Origin: an uncultured delta proteobacterium
GTDB lineage: Bacteria; Desulfobacterota; Binatia; UBA9968
DNA length: 64,000 nt
Assembly: GCA_963727625.1 (NCBI GenBank)
Contig: CAVSHR010000004.1
Location: 800,001-864,000, forward strand
Reading direction: 5' to 3'
The position numbers and the translations under genes are program-made. Of the stretch, positions 1 to 8,201 are shown in pieces. Position 1 is the first letter of the stretch. Every line of letters starts with the position of its first letter. The notes under the pieces are model-generated. The model saw only the letters and a program-made list of their open reading frames with translations. It was not told the origin of the DNA and did not search any database.

Positions 1-72
1 TTCGCGGCGCGCTGGCCTCGGAACCGCCGCCAAAGTAGTGTCTTTATCTCGCGAATCAAGCAGGGAGATCGC

Positions 73-795
73 ATGTCTACCAAGATCGGCTTCATCGGGT
101 CCAGCGCGCCCTCAAGCCCGCACCACGATAGTTTTCGCCTGCTTATTCCCAAAGATCTCGAATTTACTTTCGTCCAGGAAGCCGGCGCCAAGAGATCACT
201 CTACGAAGCTCGCGGCAAGGTCGATAACCTGATCGGACAAGTGCGGCAATTGATTGCGGAGCAACATTGGCACGGCGTCATTATCAGCGGCGCGCCCAAA
301 GAAGCGCTCAATCCCGGCATGTGGGAGCGAGTGTCCGCCGAACTAAGCGTGCCGGTATCGTTGGCGCTCAGGTCATCGGTCGCGGCGTTGACGGCGTTCG
401 GCGCGAAGCGCATCCTGTTGATGACGCCGGTGGACGATCAACTCAAGAAACTGTACCGCGACTACATCGCCGAGTTTGGCATCGAGTCGTTCTTCCCCCC
501 GCAAACCCTGCGCGCCCACACCGACGCCCTGAAGCTCACTCCGGCCGATGTCGAGTCGATGACCCGAAGCGCGCTGGCGAAATATCCGAAGGTCGACGCG
601 ATCTATTTTCAGGGCGCGTTGCTCGATCCAATTCCGGTGCTGGAAAAATTGGAAGAGGAGCTTAACCTGCCGATCGTCGCCAGCAACCCCGCCATGCTCT
701 GGCTGATTCTCTCGAAGCTCGGCTCGATCTACAAAATCGCCGGCTACGGCAGCCTGTTGTCCGGCTGGCCGGCACTGCCGGCTGGACCTTTTTAG
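73..795 (+). CDS. Asp/Glu racemase / maleate isomerase / arylmalonate decarboxylase superfamily protein
   Basis: AALTAFGAKRILLMTP, LEKLEEELNLPIVASN and C-terminal GYGSLL are typical family segments; SD GGGAG upstream. Confidence 0.8.
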   Translation: MSTKIGFIGSSAPSSPHHDSFRLLIPKDLEFTFVQEAGAKRSLYEARGKVDNLIGQVRQLIAEQHWHGVIISGAPKEALNPGMWERVSAELSVPVSLALRSSVAALTAFGAKRILLMTPVDDQLKKLYRDYIAEFGIESFFPPQTLRAHTDALKLTPADVESMTRSALAKYPKVDAIYFQGALLDPIPVLEKLEEELNLPIVASNPAMLWLILSKLGSIYKIAGYGSLLSGWPALPAGPF

Positions 796-810
796 TTTCC
801 GAAACAACTC

Positions 811-1755
811 ATGCGCACCATCAGGCTCGCCTACCGCGACAACGACCGCACGCCGGTGATCTATTGCGTCAAAGCGATGGCCGAGCAGCACTACGATATG
901 ACTGTCGATGTCGTTCAGATCGAGGACCGGGAACAATTCGAAGCCGCGCTTTTCACCGGCGCGTGCGATGCGATCATCGAGCACATCGAGTACCTCCACA
1001 CCGACGCCGCCAAGGGGAAAAGAATTACTTTTTTCTGCGCGCCGCAGATCCGCCGCGGTCTGAAGCTGGTCGTGCCGCATAAGCTCACCGCACTCGATGA
1101 ATTGCGCGGCAAGACCATGGCGGTGCGCGACCTGGGACGGCCGCATACGATCACGCTGTGGCTGAGAAAAATGGGGTTGGAAAAAGACGTTGAAACCGTC
1201 ATCGTCAAGGACAAGGAGATCGGCCGCTGGAAGCAGTGGAAGAAAGTCGCCAGCGGCGATTGCGCCGCCTGCTTCATGGCGCCGATTTACTTGCCCGACG
1301 CGCTGGCGGCGGGCCTGAAAATCTTTCCGGTATCCGAAGTCGAGATCGTCAGCAACTTCGCCCAGGCCTGTCTATCGAGCTTCGCCTATCAAAACGCCGG
1401 GCTCATGCGGGATTACCTGAAGGCGGTGGTCCACGCCATCGCGCTGCTGATCTTCGCCCGAGACGAGGCGATGGCTATCATCGCCAAAGAGCCCATGCGC
1501 CTGATGAAGGTAGCGAAGCTCGGCGAGCTCGCCCGCCAGGTCGACTCCATCGCCGAAATGCTCCAGGTTAAACCCTACCCGACCGTCGAGGCGATCATGA
1601 ACACCAACGAGATCGCCGCCCACGAATACGGCGCAGGCGTGGAAAATCCGCTGACTCTGTGGGATCTCCACTGGCTCAAAGAACTCGACGATGGAGGCTT
1701 CATCGACGGACTCATCGCCGGCTTATCATCAAATGTGAATGACGTGGATGATTGA
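811..1755 (+). CDS. NitT/TauT (SsuA/THI5-like) substrate-binding-fold protein, no signal peptide
   Basis: LDELRGKTMAV, YLKAVVHAI, KPYPT, WLKELDDGGFID; shares motifs with other binding proteins in the window. Confidence 0.75.
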   Translation: MRTIRLAYRDNDRTPVIYCVKAMAEQHYDMTVDVVQIEDREQFEAALFTGACDAIIEHIEYLHTDAAKGKRITFFCAPQIRRGLKLVVPHKLTALDELRGKTMAVRDLGRPHTITLWLRKMGLEKDVETVIVKDKEIGRWKQWKKVASGDCAACFMAPIYLPDALAAGLKIFPVSEVEIVSNFAQACLSSFAYQNAGLMRDYLKAVVHAIALLIFARDEAMAIIAKEPMRLMKVAKLGELARQVDSIAEMLQVKPYPTVEAIMNTNEIAAHEYGAGVENPLTLWDLHWLKELDDGGFIDGLIAGLSSNVNDVDD

Positions 1756-1903
1756 CCACGGAGGCGTTGAGTGCGTCGAGTAGAGGATTTTATTGAGAAA
1801 TCTTCCGGCCTCTGCGAACTCGGCGCCTCTGCGGTGAAATCACGCATGCTCTTTTGCTTGCGACTCCGCGCGCTTTGCGGCTTCGTGTGAAAATCTTATT
1901 CCG

Positions 1904-2395
1904 ATGAAACAAATCTTGATTGTCTTTCATTCTAAAACCGGCGGCACCTATCAGATGGCCGAGGCGGCGGCAAAAGGTGTCGCGAGCGAACCGGGCACGG
2001 ACCTGAAGCTCGTCCACGCCGCCGAAGCGGGCCCGCAGGAGCTGTTCGATTCGGACGGCTACATTTTCGCAACGCCGGAAAATCTCGCCATGATGTCCGG
2101 GATAATGAAAGATTTTTTCGATCGCACGTACTACCCCGTGTTGGATCGGCTCGTCGGCCGTCCCTACGCCACGCTCATCTGCGCCGGCAGCGACGGCGAA
2201 AACGCCGCCCGGCAAATCCGGAGAATCGCCGCCGGCTGGCGCCTCAAAGCGATCGCCGAGCCGATCATCGTCTGCACCCACGCCCAGACGCCGGAAGCGA
2301 TCCTCGCACCGAAGCAAATCGGCGCATACGATTTGCAGCGCTGCGAAGAGATCGGCTTGACTCTGGCCGCGGGGCTAGCTTTGGGGATCTACTAG
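1904..2395 (+). CDS. Flavodoxin-like / WrbA-family FMN-binding protein
   Basis: FHSKTGGT FMN loop, ATPENL, MKDFFDR, GSDG. Confidence 0.85.
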   Translation: MKQILIVFHSKTGGTYQMAEAAAKGVASEPGTDLKLVHAAEAGPQELFDSDGYIFATPENLAMMSGIMKDFFDRTYYPVLDRLVGRPYATLICAGSDGENAARQIRRIAAGWRLKAIAEPIIVCTHAQTPEAILAPKQIGAYDLQRCEEIGLTLAAGLALGIY

Positions 2396-2608
2396 CAGTG
2401 CAGCAGGGGGCGCGCGGGATATTAATACGAACGCAATCCACACAGGGGTCGAGGCCGGCACAAGCGCATCCGAAAGTCGGGTTATCTCGCTCCAAAGGCG
2501 CAAAGGTCGCCAAGCAAACCGAATTGTCATTGCGACCAAAGCTAACACACACTCTCTCTCTCAGATCCCTCGCATTTGCTTGGGATGGCGGGCGTTGATC
2601 CGGCCGCC

Positions 2609-3226
2609 TTACTTTGCCTGGGAGTCGCTCGCGCGCGACAGAGTGGACGTGAGAATTTTCAGATTCTCGCTTCTCTCGATATAGCGCACGAACCGGTATT
2701 TATTTTCCTGCGAGTCCAAAGCCGCTGCGGGCACGTCGCCCGCTCCCGCCTCCACCTTCGCCAGCATGAAGTAAAGATCGTTGCCCTTGATAGCGCGCGA
2801 AAATTCCGCTTCGAACTCGGCTACCGTGTTCGCCTTAAGCACGTTGGCAATCCCGCAGCCGCGCGCGACCGCGGCCAGGTCGGCTTGCCCCGCCGTCGCC
2901 GTCGGCGCGCCGCGCGAGGACTCGTAGCACTCGTTGTCGAAAACGATATGAATCAAGTTTTTCGGATGTTGGTTCGCGATCGTAGCCAGGCTGCCGAGAT
3001 TGAGCAGCAAAGAGCCGTCGCCGTCGAAGGCCACGACCTTGCGGTGCGGCAGCGCCAAGGCCAAGCCAAGCGCCACCGACGAGGTCAGTCCGAGGTTCTG
3101 CAGATGGTAATTGCCCGGATGCGGCCTCAGCGCCTGCCATTCATGGCGCACCGCGCCGATGTTGGTGACCACCAGTTCCTCGCCGAAGTGCGGCGCGATC
3201 GCGCGCAGACAATCGTATCGTTTCAT
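2609..3226 (-). CDS. comE: Sulfopyruvate decarboxylase beta subunit-like (TPP-binding)
   Basis: TPP motif FDGDGSLLLNLG...FDN; follows a ComD-like gene by 3 nt. Confidence 0.75.
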   Translation of the reverse strand: MKRYDCLRAIAPHFGEELVVTNIGAVRHEWQALRPHPGNYHLQNLGLTSSVALGLALALPHRKVVAFDGDGSLLLNLGSLATIANQHPKNLIHIVFDNECYESSRGAPTATAGQADLAAVARGCGIANVLKANTVAEFEAEFSRAIKGNDLYFMLAKVEAGAGDVPAAALDSQENKYRFVRYIERSENLKILTSTLSRASDSQAK

Positions 3227-3229
3227 AGA

Positions 3230-3730
3230 CTACCTCAGGGCTTGTTTGTTGAGCACGATGGCCGTCGGCCGTCGCGACGAGCGCGCGAGCATATGGCTAT
3301 CGCGAATAGTCGAACGAATCTCCTCGAAGCGGCCGACTTTTTCGTAGACGATATGCATCGCTTGCAGCACCGGCTCGGTCAGAGCGCCGACGGTGGCATG
3401 CCCGGCATTTTCCTCGCCGACGCCGCCGCTATGGCCGATCAGCATCAAGACGGGGATGCCCGGATGGATGCAGACGGTCGCCAGGGCATTGGCCGACAAC
3501 AGAAAACCCGCGTTCATCATCACCATCGCCGGCCTCTTGCCACCGAGGTACGCGCCCGCGCAGACGCCGATCCCCTCTTCTTCACGGGTGACCGGCACAT
3601 GGTGAAGGTCCTTATCTTCGCCCAGCGCCATAACCAGGTCGTGGAGATTCGCTTCGGTTAGCGTCGCAACGAAATCGACGCCGGCTTCTTTTAACGAATC
3701 GACAATTTCCGCAGCCACTTCTCTTTTCAT
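3230..3730 (-). CDS. comD: Sulfopyruvate decarboxylase alpha subunit-like
   Basis: VTREEEGIGVCAGAYLGGKRP signature; SD GGAGG upstream. Confidence 0.78.
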   Translation of the reverse strand: MKREVAAEIVDSLKEAGVDFVATLTEANLHDLVMALGEDKDLHHVPVTREEEGIGVCAGAYLGGKRPAMVMMNAGFLLSANALATVCIHPGIPVLMLIGHSGGVGEENAGHATVGALTEPVLQAMHIVYEKVGRFEEIRSTIRDSHMLARSSRRPTAIVLNKQALR

Positions 3731-4087
3731 TTTTCCTCCTAGGGCAGATCCGAACCTGTTATCGCGAAGAGCCGGCGGACAGTCAAGAGAATTTCGCCCG
3801 GTAAAAGAATCGGGCGCGGGGTTTTCTCTCAGGTTTTCAGCAATACGACCACCGCCGGCTAGACAATAGTAAAGGACGCGGCCGACAAACTGCTTGACAC
3901 AAATTCTTGGCTCTGCTAGCCGTCGCGAAAAGAAAGTGGTGCTAGCTAATCGCTGCTTGGGCTAATTTACTCGAACTTGGTGACCATTCCCCGCCTCTTT
4001 CCTCCCCGCCAACGCAGGGGAGGATGAAGGAGGGGCGTGAACGATTTGAACGCTTGAACCGCTAAAGAACTGGAAGGAGTATCTCCG

Positions 4088-5173
4088 ATGAATAACCGCG
4101 AACCTAAAGGCGCAGTTCACTGGATCGATCACTTTGTCGTCGGCACCAATGACATGGTCGCGTGGGTGGATTGGGCGGTAAACGCCACCGGCATCACTCG
4201 ACAGCCGATTATCGGACTCACCACCGCGGCACGGAAAAGGAATATCAAAATCACCAGCTTCCTGTGGTGGGACGGCGGCTCGTGCCGCATCGGCGCGTTC
4301 CTTCAGCCGGAAATCTATCCGCCGGCAAAAGAGCTGGGAAAAGATCTGCCGCGCTGCGGATTCTATATCCGGCCCGAGGACATCGACAAACATTTGCGCC
4401 GCCTCGACCGACACAAGATTCCGCACGCCGATCCCGTCAAGACCGCCGCCGACGGCGACGAAGGCACGGTAATCCATTTGGCCGATCCGGACGGCAACCA
4501 GTATGAGTTTTGGGCACCCTTGCAGATGCCCGAGGGCGCCATGGAGATTGCCACCGAAGAAAAAGTCGGCCGCATCAGCCACGTCGTCCTCGGCGCCCGC
4601 GATCTGGCGCGCAACGCCGCGTTCTTCGAGCATTACTGCGGCATGCAAACAGAGCAGAATGCGAAAATTGCTGAAGGAACCCTGGTTTTGCGTCTGCGCG
4701 CGGGCGGGCGCCTGGTCTACAAGCTGATCGACCAGGTCGACGAGCGTGTCTCCGGACATGGGACCTGGTGGGATATGCACACCGCGCTGACCGTTCGTCA
4801 AGAAGAGTTCCTGCCCAGCTACCGGCGCATGTGGGACGGGATTCCCGAAGAAAAGGGCTATAAGGCAGACCTCAATCTTTCCATCAAAGAGCAAGAGGCG
4901 CTTCCGGCGCGAACGGGTTTGCACCGCAGTCCCGTCGGTATCCGCTGGAAAGAGATCTGCAGCCGCGGCGATGAGTTTTACGATTGGGATTGCCACTCCT
5001 TTCACTTCATCGGCGGCAAACCGCTCAAGAACGACGGTTCGCTCGCCTTATACGAAGCGATAGAACAGGAAGAATACTTGCGCGATCTCGCGGAGTCGCT
5101 GAATAAAGGAGACGACCCCGGCTTGATGAAAGGGCTCGGCAACGAAAACCCTTTCAACCCACGCGATGAATAA
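4088..5173 (+). CDS. VOC superfamily (glyoxalase/extradiol dioxygenase-like) two-domain protein
   Basis: WIDHFVV, ADPDGNQYEFW, GRISHVVL, HTALTV, YDWDCHSFHF; SD AAGGAG. Confidence 0.8.
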   Translation: MNNREPKGAVHWIDHFVVGTNDMVAWVDWAVNATGITRQPIIGLTTAARKRNIKITSFLWWDGGSCRIGAFLQPEIYPPAKELGKDLPRCGFYIRPEDIDKHLRRLDRHKIPHADPVKTAADGDEGTVIHLADPDGNQYEFWAPLQMPEGAMEIATEEKVGRISHVVLGARDLARNAAFFEHYCGMQTEQNAKIAEGTLVLRLRAGGRLVYKLIDQVDERVSGHGTWWDMHTALTVRQEEFLPSYRRMWDGIPEEKGYKADLNLSIKEQEALPARTGLHRSPVGIRWKEICSRGDEFYDWDCHSFHFIGGKPLKNDGSLALYEAIEQEEYLRDLAESLNKGDDPGLMKGLGNENPFNPRDE

Positions 5174-5508
5174 CGTTTTGCCGAAGTCGCTCGCGTCATT
5201 CGCGTGAGCGCGTTGAAATCGGCTAAGCGCTCGATCCGCCATTTGAGCGGACCAAGTTTAGGAAGTCTTTTGACGTTCTGCTCCCGTAGGTGCGAAAGTG
5301 CGGCTCGGCCCGTTCGCGGCATGCGAAACGCTCCACCGCGATCGGAACCCTCCTGTTGATCAAGGCCTATAACGCCGGCGCCTCCTTAGGCCCGATCGCG
5401 CGGCGCATGGTGAGAGGAATCAGAACACTCGATGCGGCTTTTGGGCTGAACCCGCCGCGGTGGAAACAGCCCTTTAGTAAAACTAGCAGTAAAGCTGAGC
5501 GGCTGGCC

Positions 5509-6168
5509 CTAGACCGATCTGTGTTGGAGTACGACCGGCGCAGCCAGGTCTTTTCCGACGATACCGCCGGACATGATAAATTTGAACGCTTCCTCGACCG
5601 TGAAGTCCACCTCGATAACGTCTTCGGGAGAAACGATGACCAGATACCCCGATGTCGGATTGGGAGTGGTCGGAACAAAAACGGTAAGAACCTTGCTGCC
5701 TGAACCCAGATTGAGAGTATCCGCGCGCTCGGAAGCCACGAAGCCGATGCTCCAGACCCCTTGGCGGGGGTACTGGATCAAAACGACCTGCTGAAAGCTT
5801 CGCCCCGGTCCTTGGAACGTCTCTACCACCTGTTTCGCGCTGCTATAGATGGTCTTGACCAAAGGCACTCTCAACAGAAGTGACTCGAATCGTGTCAGGA
5901 TCTGCCGACCGAGAATATTGGTTCCCACCAACCCGAGAACAAAGATCACCGAGAGCGAGAGTAACAGGTTGACAAACGGTACCAGGGGATCGGCTAATTT
6001 ATCGGCCCCCACGATGCGGAGGAATCCCGCGACCAGCGGAGCGCCGACTCCGGTAAAGATATTGAACAGAAAAGAAATCAGGATGTAGGTGATAAACAAA
6101 GGTAAAAGTATGAGCAAACCGGCGAGAAATGTGCGCCGAATAAAGTGGGGTGTCTTATCCGCAGGCAT
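5509..6168 (-). CDS. DUF502 family membrane protein
   Basis: FLAGLLILLPL, RVPLVKTIYSSAKQ, VFVPTTPNPTSG. Confidence 0.9.
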   Translation of the reverse strand: MPADKTPHFIRRTFLAGLLILLPLFITYILISFLFNIFTGVGAPLVAGFLRIVGADKLADPLVPFVNLLLSLSVIFVLGLVGTNILGRQILTRFESLLLRVPLVKTIYSSAKQVVETFQGPGRSFQQVVLIQYPRQGVWSIGFVASERADTLNLGSGSKVLTVFVPTTPNPTSGYLVIVSPEDVIEVDFTVEEAFKFIMSGGIVGKDLAAPVVLQHRSV

Positions 6169-6369
6169 GACTTTACGCTCCTAGAGAAAGTGTGTTTCGA
6201 AATTCGGTCCGCGACTGGCATTAAGTCTAACCTGAATTTTGAAAAATTTCTCTTCTAGCCGACTATGGAACCATCCGATCATAGGAAACGGCGTAAAAGA
6301 TTGAAGCGCGCCAGGGGCAATGCTTGCCGCTGGCAAACCTGAAGGGTGAACCGTGTTGCGGCGTTCCAA

Positions 6370-6615
6370 CAACTTAAACGGCGTCGTCTCGGCGCTCCGG
6401 CCGCGCGACGAGCTGGCGAAGGACATGGGCGTGACCGCCGATCCTGTCCCGGCCTACCGAGGTTACGCCGTGGCTCACAATACCCGAAGCGAATCTGAGA
6501 GTGATGGGATCTTTGCCCGGCTACGGGATTACGGTGCGAAAATCGTCAAGCAACCGCAAAAACCCTCTGGGGGGCGGTTATTCCGGATACTTTTCCAATC
6601 GCGACGGCCATATAG
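6370..6615 (+). pseudogene. Glyoxalase/VOC family gene fragment, cut at its 3' end by an IS701 element
   Basis: PRDELAKD...YRGYAVAHNTRSE...GAKIVKQPQ, then a frameshift in the (W)GGYSGYFS region; 5' part missing; boundaries approximate. Confidence 0.75.
6446..6615 (+). repeat. ~170-bp direct repeat, copy 1 (copy 2 at 14798-14966)
   Basis: GTCCCGGCCTACCGAGGTTACGCCGTGGCTCACAATACCCGAAGCGAATCTGAGA...GCCATATAG nearly identical in both places. Confidence 0.9.
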
Positions 6616-7150
6616 TACTACTGTGTCATTAATGTTGGCGCACCATGTTGCAAGGGGGACAACGAGGGAGTTGTGTGATGATATCGCAAGCGAGCCTGAA
6701 GCGCAGTGTCGCGATGGAATCGGGCACGTGACGTTGCGCGCGCCGGGCTGCCGCGCGGGGTGTAATTTTGGGGTAAGCCAGGCATTTTTGATCGAGAGGA
6801 GTTTTTTTTAGAGCCGCCATGTTTAAGCCGGTCTGCCAACAAGAAGCCATAGGCGGCAATGCACAAGGTGGCGTGATGATGAAAGCCACGCCACCCCGTC
6901 CCTCGTAGTGGCTCAGGCCAAATTCCTGTTTAAGCTCCTGATAGTCCCGTTCAATGCGCCAGCGCATCTTGGTGGTCTTGACCAAATCGAGCAGCGCGGT
7001 GTCAGCGGGCAAGGTCGACAACCAATACTTGGTCGGTTCGGTTTGATCTTGAGGCCATTCGATCAACAACCATTGCTCTTGGCGTGGAGCCCTGAGGCCT
7101 TCTTGTTCCCGATGCGCAACCCGTACTCGCACCGCGGCAAAGCGCGACGA
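6616..7150 (-). mobile_element. IS701 family transposase 3' remnant, frameshifted
   Basis: SRFAAVRVRVAH, WLLIEWP, KYWLS, RWRIERDYQELKQEFGLSHYEGRG, then HHHATLCIAAYGFL in another frame; typical ...MTQ* end. Confidence 0.88.
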
Positions 7151-7340
7151 ATTCTACGATTGGGATTGTCACTCCTTTCACTTTATCGGCGGCAAACCCT
7201 TGGGCACCAACGACTCTATGGCGCTTTACGAAGCCATCGAACAGGAAGATTACCTGCTCGAGCTTGCCCAATCCTTAGACAAAGGGAACCACCCGGACCT
7301 GATGACAGGACTGGGGAAGGACAACCCTTTCAATGTTTAG
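7146..7340 (+). pseudogene. Diverged copy of the 3' end of the VOC gene 4088-5173
   Basis: Reads DEFYDWDCHSFHFIGGKPLGTNDSMALYEAIEQEDYLLELAQSLDKG...NPFNV*, matching the C-terminus encoded at 4970-5173. Confidence 0.88.
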
Positions 7341-7531
7341 ACTTAGAGTTATTGGAAACGATTAAAACGCAAGAAGCGTACTATCTCATCTGCGTCGTGA
7401 ATCCGTTCTAACATTTAGCAAGGCGTTTTAATAATAATCTTGACCACATTGGCACCAAGTCCCGGCTAATTATACTGCGTGAGCCGGTGTGAAAATCACT
7501 TTGCCGTTAAACCGCACCATGATTATTTTTC

Positions 7532-7561
7532 TTGACACAGCTTTGCCCTGGTGGTTAGAGT
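7532..7561 (+). promoter_or_regulatory. Putative sigma70 promoter upstream of the small orphan gene
   Basis: TTGACA-N18-TAGAGT in an AT-rich intergenic region. Confidence 0.4.
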
Positions 7562-7790
7562 CTGCGTCTATTTAACTTTAACGATTTTTTTTAAATTTCG
7601 CACCGGCTCAACTTACGACTTGGTTGAATGGGTTATCGGCCAATTTAGGCGGATAATATGTTTCCAGCAGCGAAACCTTGTACGTGGGTTGCTTTACCCT
7701 TGTTAGGACGCAGCGCTTCGTTTTTCCGGACGAATGCCGCGTACGCAAACATTCTTACAGGTCAAAAAAAACACGAGGAGGGAAATCTTT

Positions 7791-8078
7791 ATGTCACTTA
7801 CTTTTCAGGTAACAGTTGACACAGGAAACCTCGGCGATCCAAATCAGAGACCGAAAGCACCGGAGGGGTCGCCTCCCATCACTGTCAGTCGATTGAACCC
7901 CAATGACTTCGTCGGAAAATTAAATTCTGGAAACGTAGCCATATACGGGTTTATTTGCAAAGATGTGAGCATTCCAAGCATAGAACAAGGTGCGGCTGAC
8001 TGCGATCCCAAATACCTTGCGGACGATGGCTGCGTTATTATTTATCTAGGTGGTACGCCTTACCGGATGTGTCCGTAA
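7791..8078 (+). CDS. Small hypothetical protein (95 aa) with C-terminal C-x5-GG-x5-C motif
   Basis: Strong SD GAGGAGG before ATG 7791; ends GCVIIYLGGTPYRMCP*. Confidence 0.7.
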   Translation: MSLTFQVTVDTGNLGDPNQRPKAPEGSPPITVSRLNPNDFVGKLNSGNVAIYGFICKDVSIPSIEQGAADCDPKYLADDGCVIIYLGGTPYRMCP

Positions 8079-8201
8079 TAATAGGGTTCGGCTTCTGAGA
8101 CATTGGCGCCTCACAGGCTGCTCGGGGCCCCGGTCTAAAAATTTTACTGAATTCGAAATCGTGAGAATACTCGTCGCCGGCCGGGCATCTCCGGCTTACC
8201 A

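Noticed and set aside
2576-5005. Long ORFs 2576-3661 (+) and 3962-5005 (-)
   Set aside because: Antisense shadows of well-supported genes in GC-rich DNA; no motifs
6618-6905. Programmed frameshift in the IS701 transposase
   Set aside because: The element is 5'-truncated and the shift falls inside the conserved GRGWRGFHHH motif; decay or sequencing error is more likely
7659-7678. TGTTTCCAGCAGCGAAACC as a Clr/Crp-type box
   Set aside because: Imperfect symmetry and spacing; not supportable by eye
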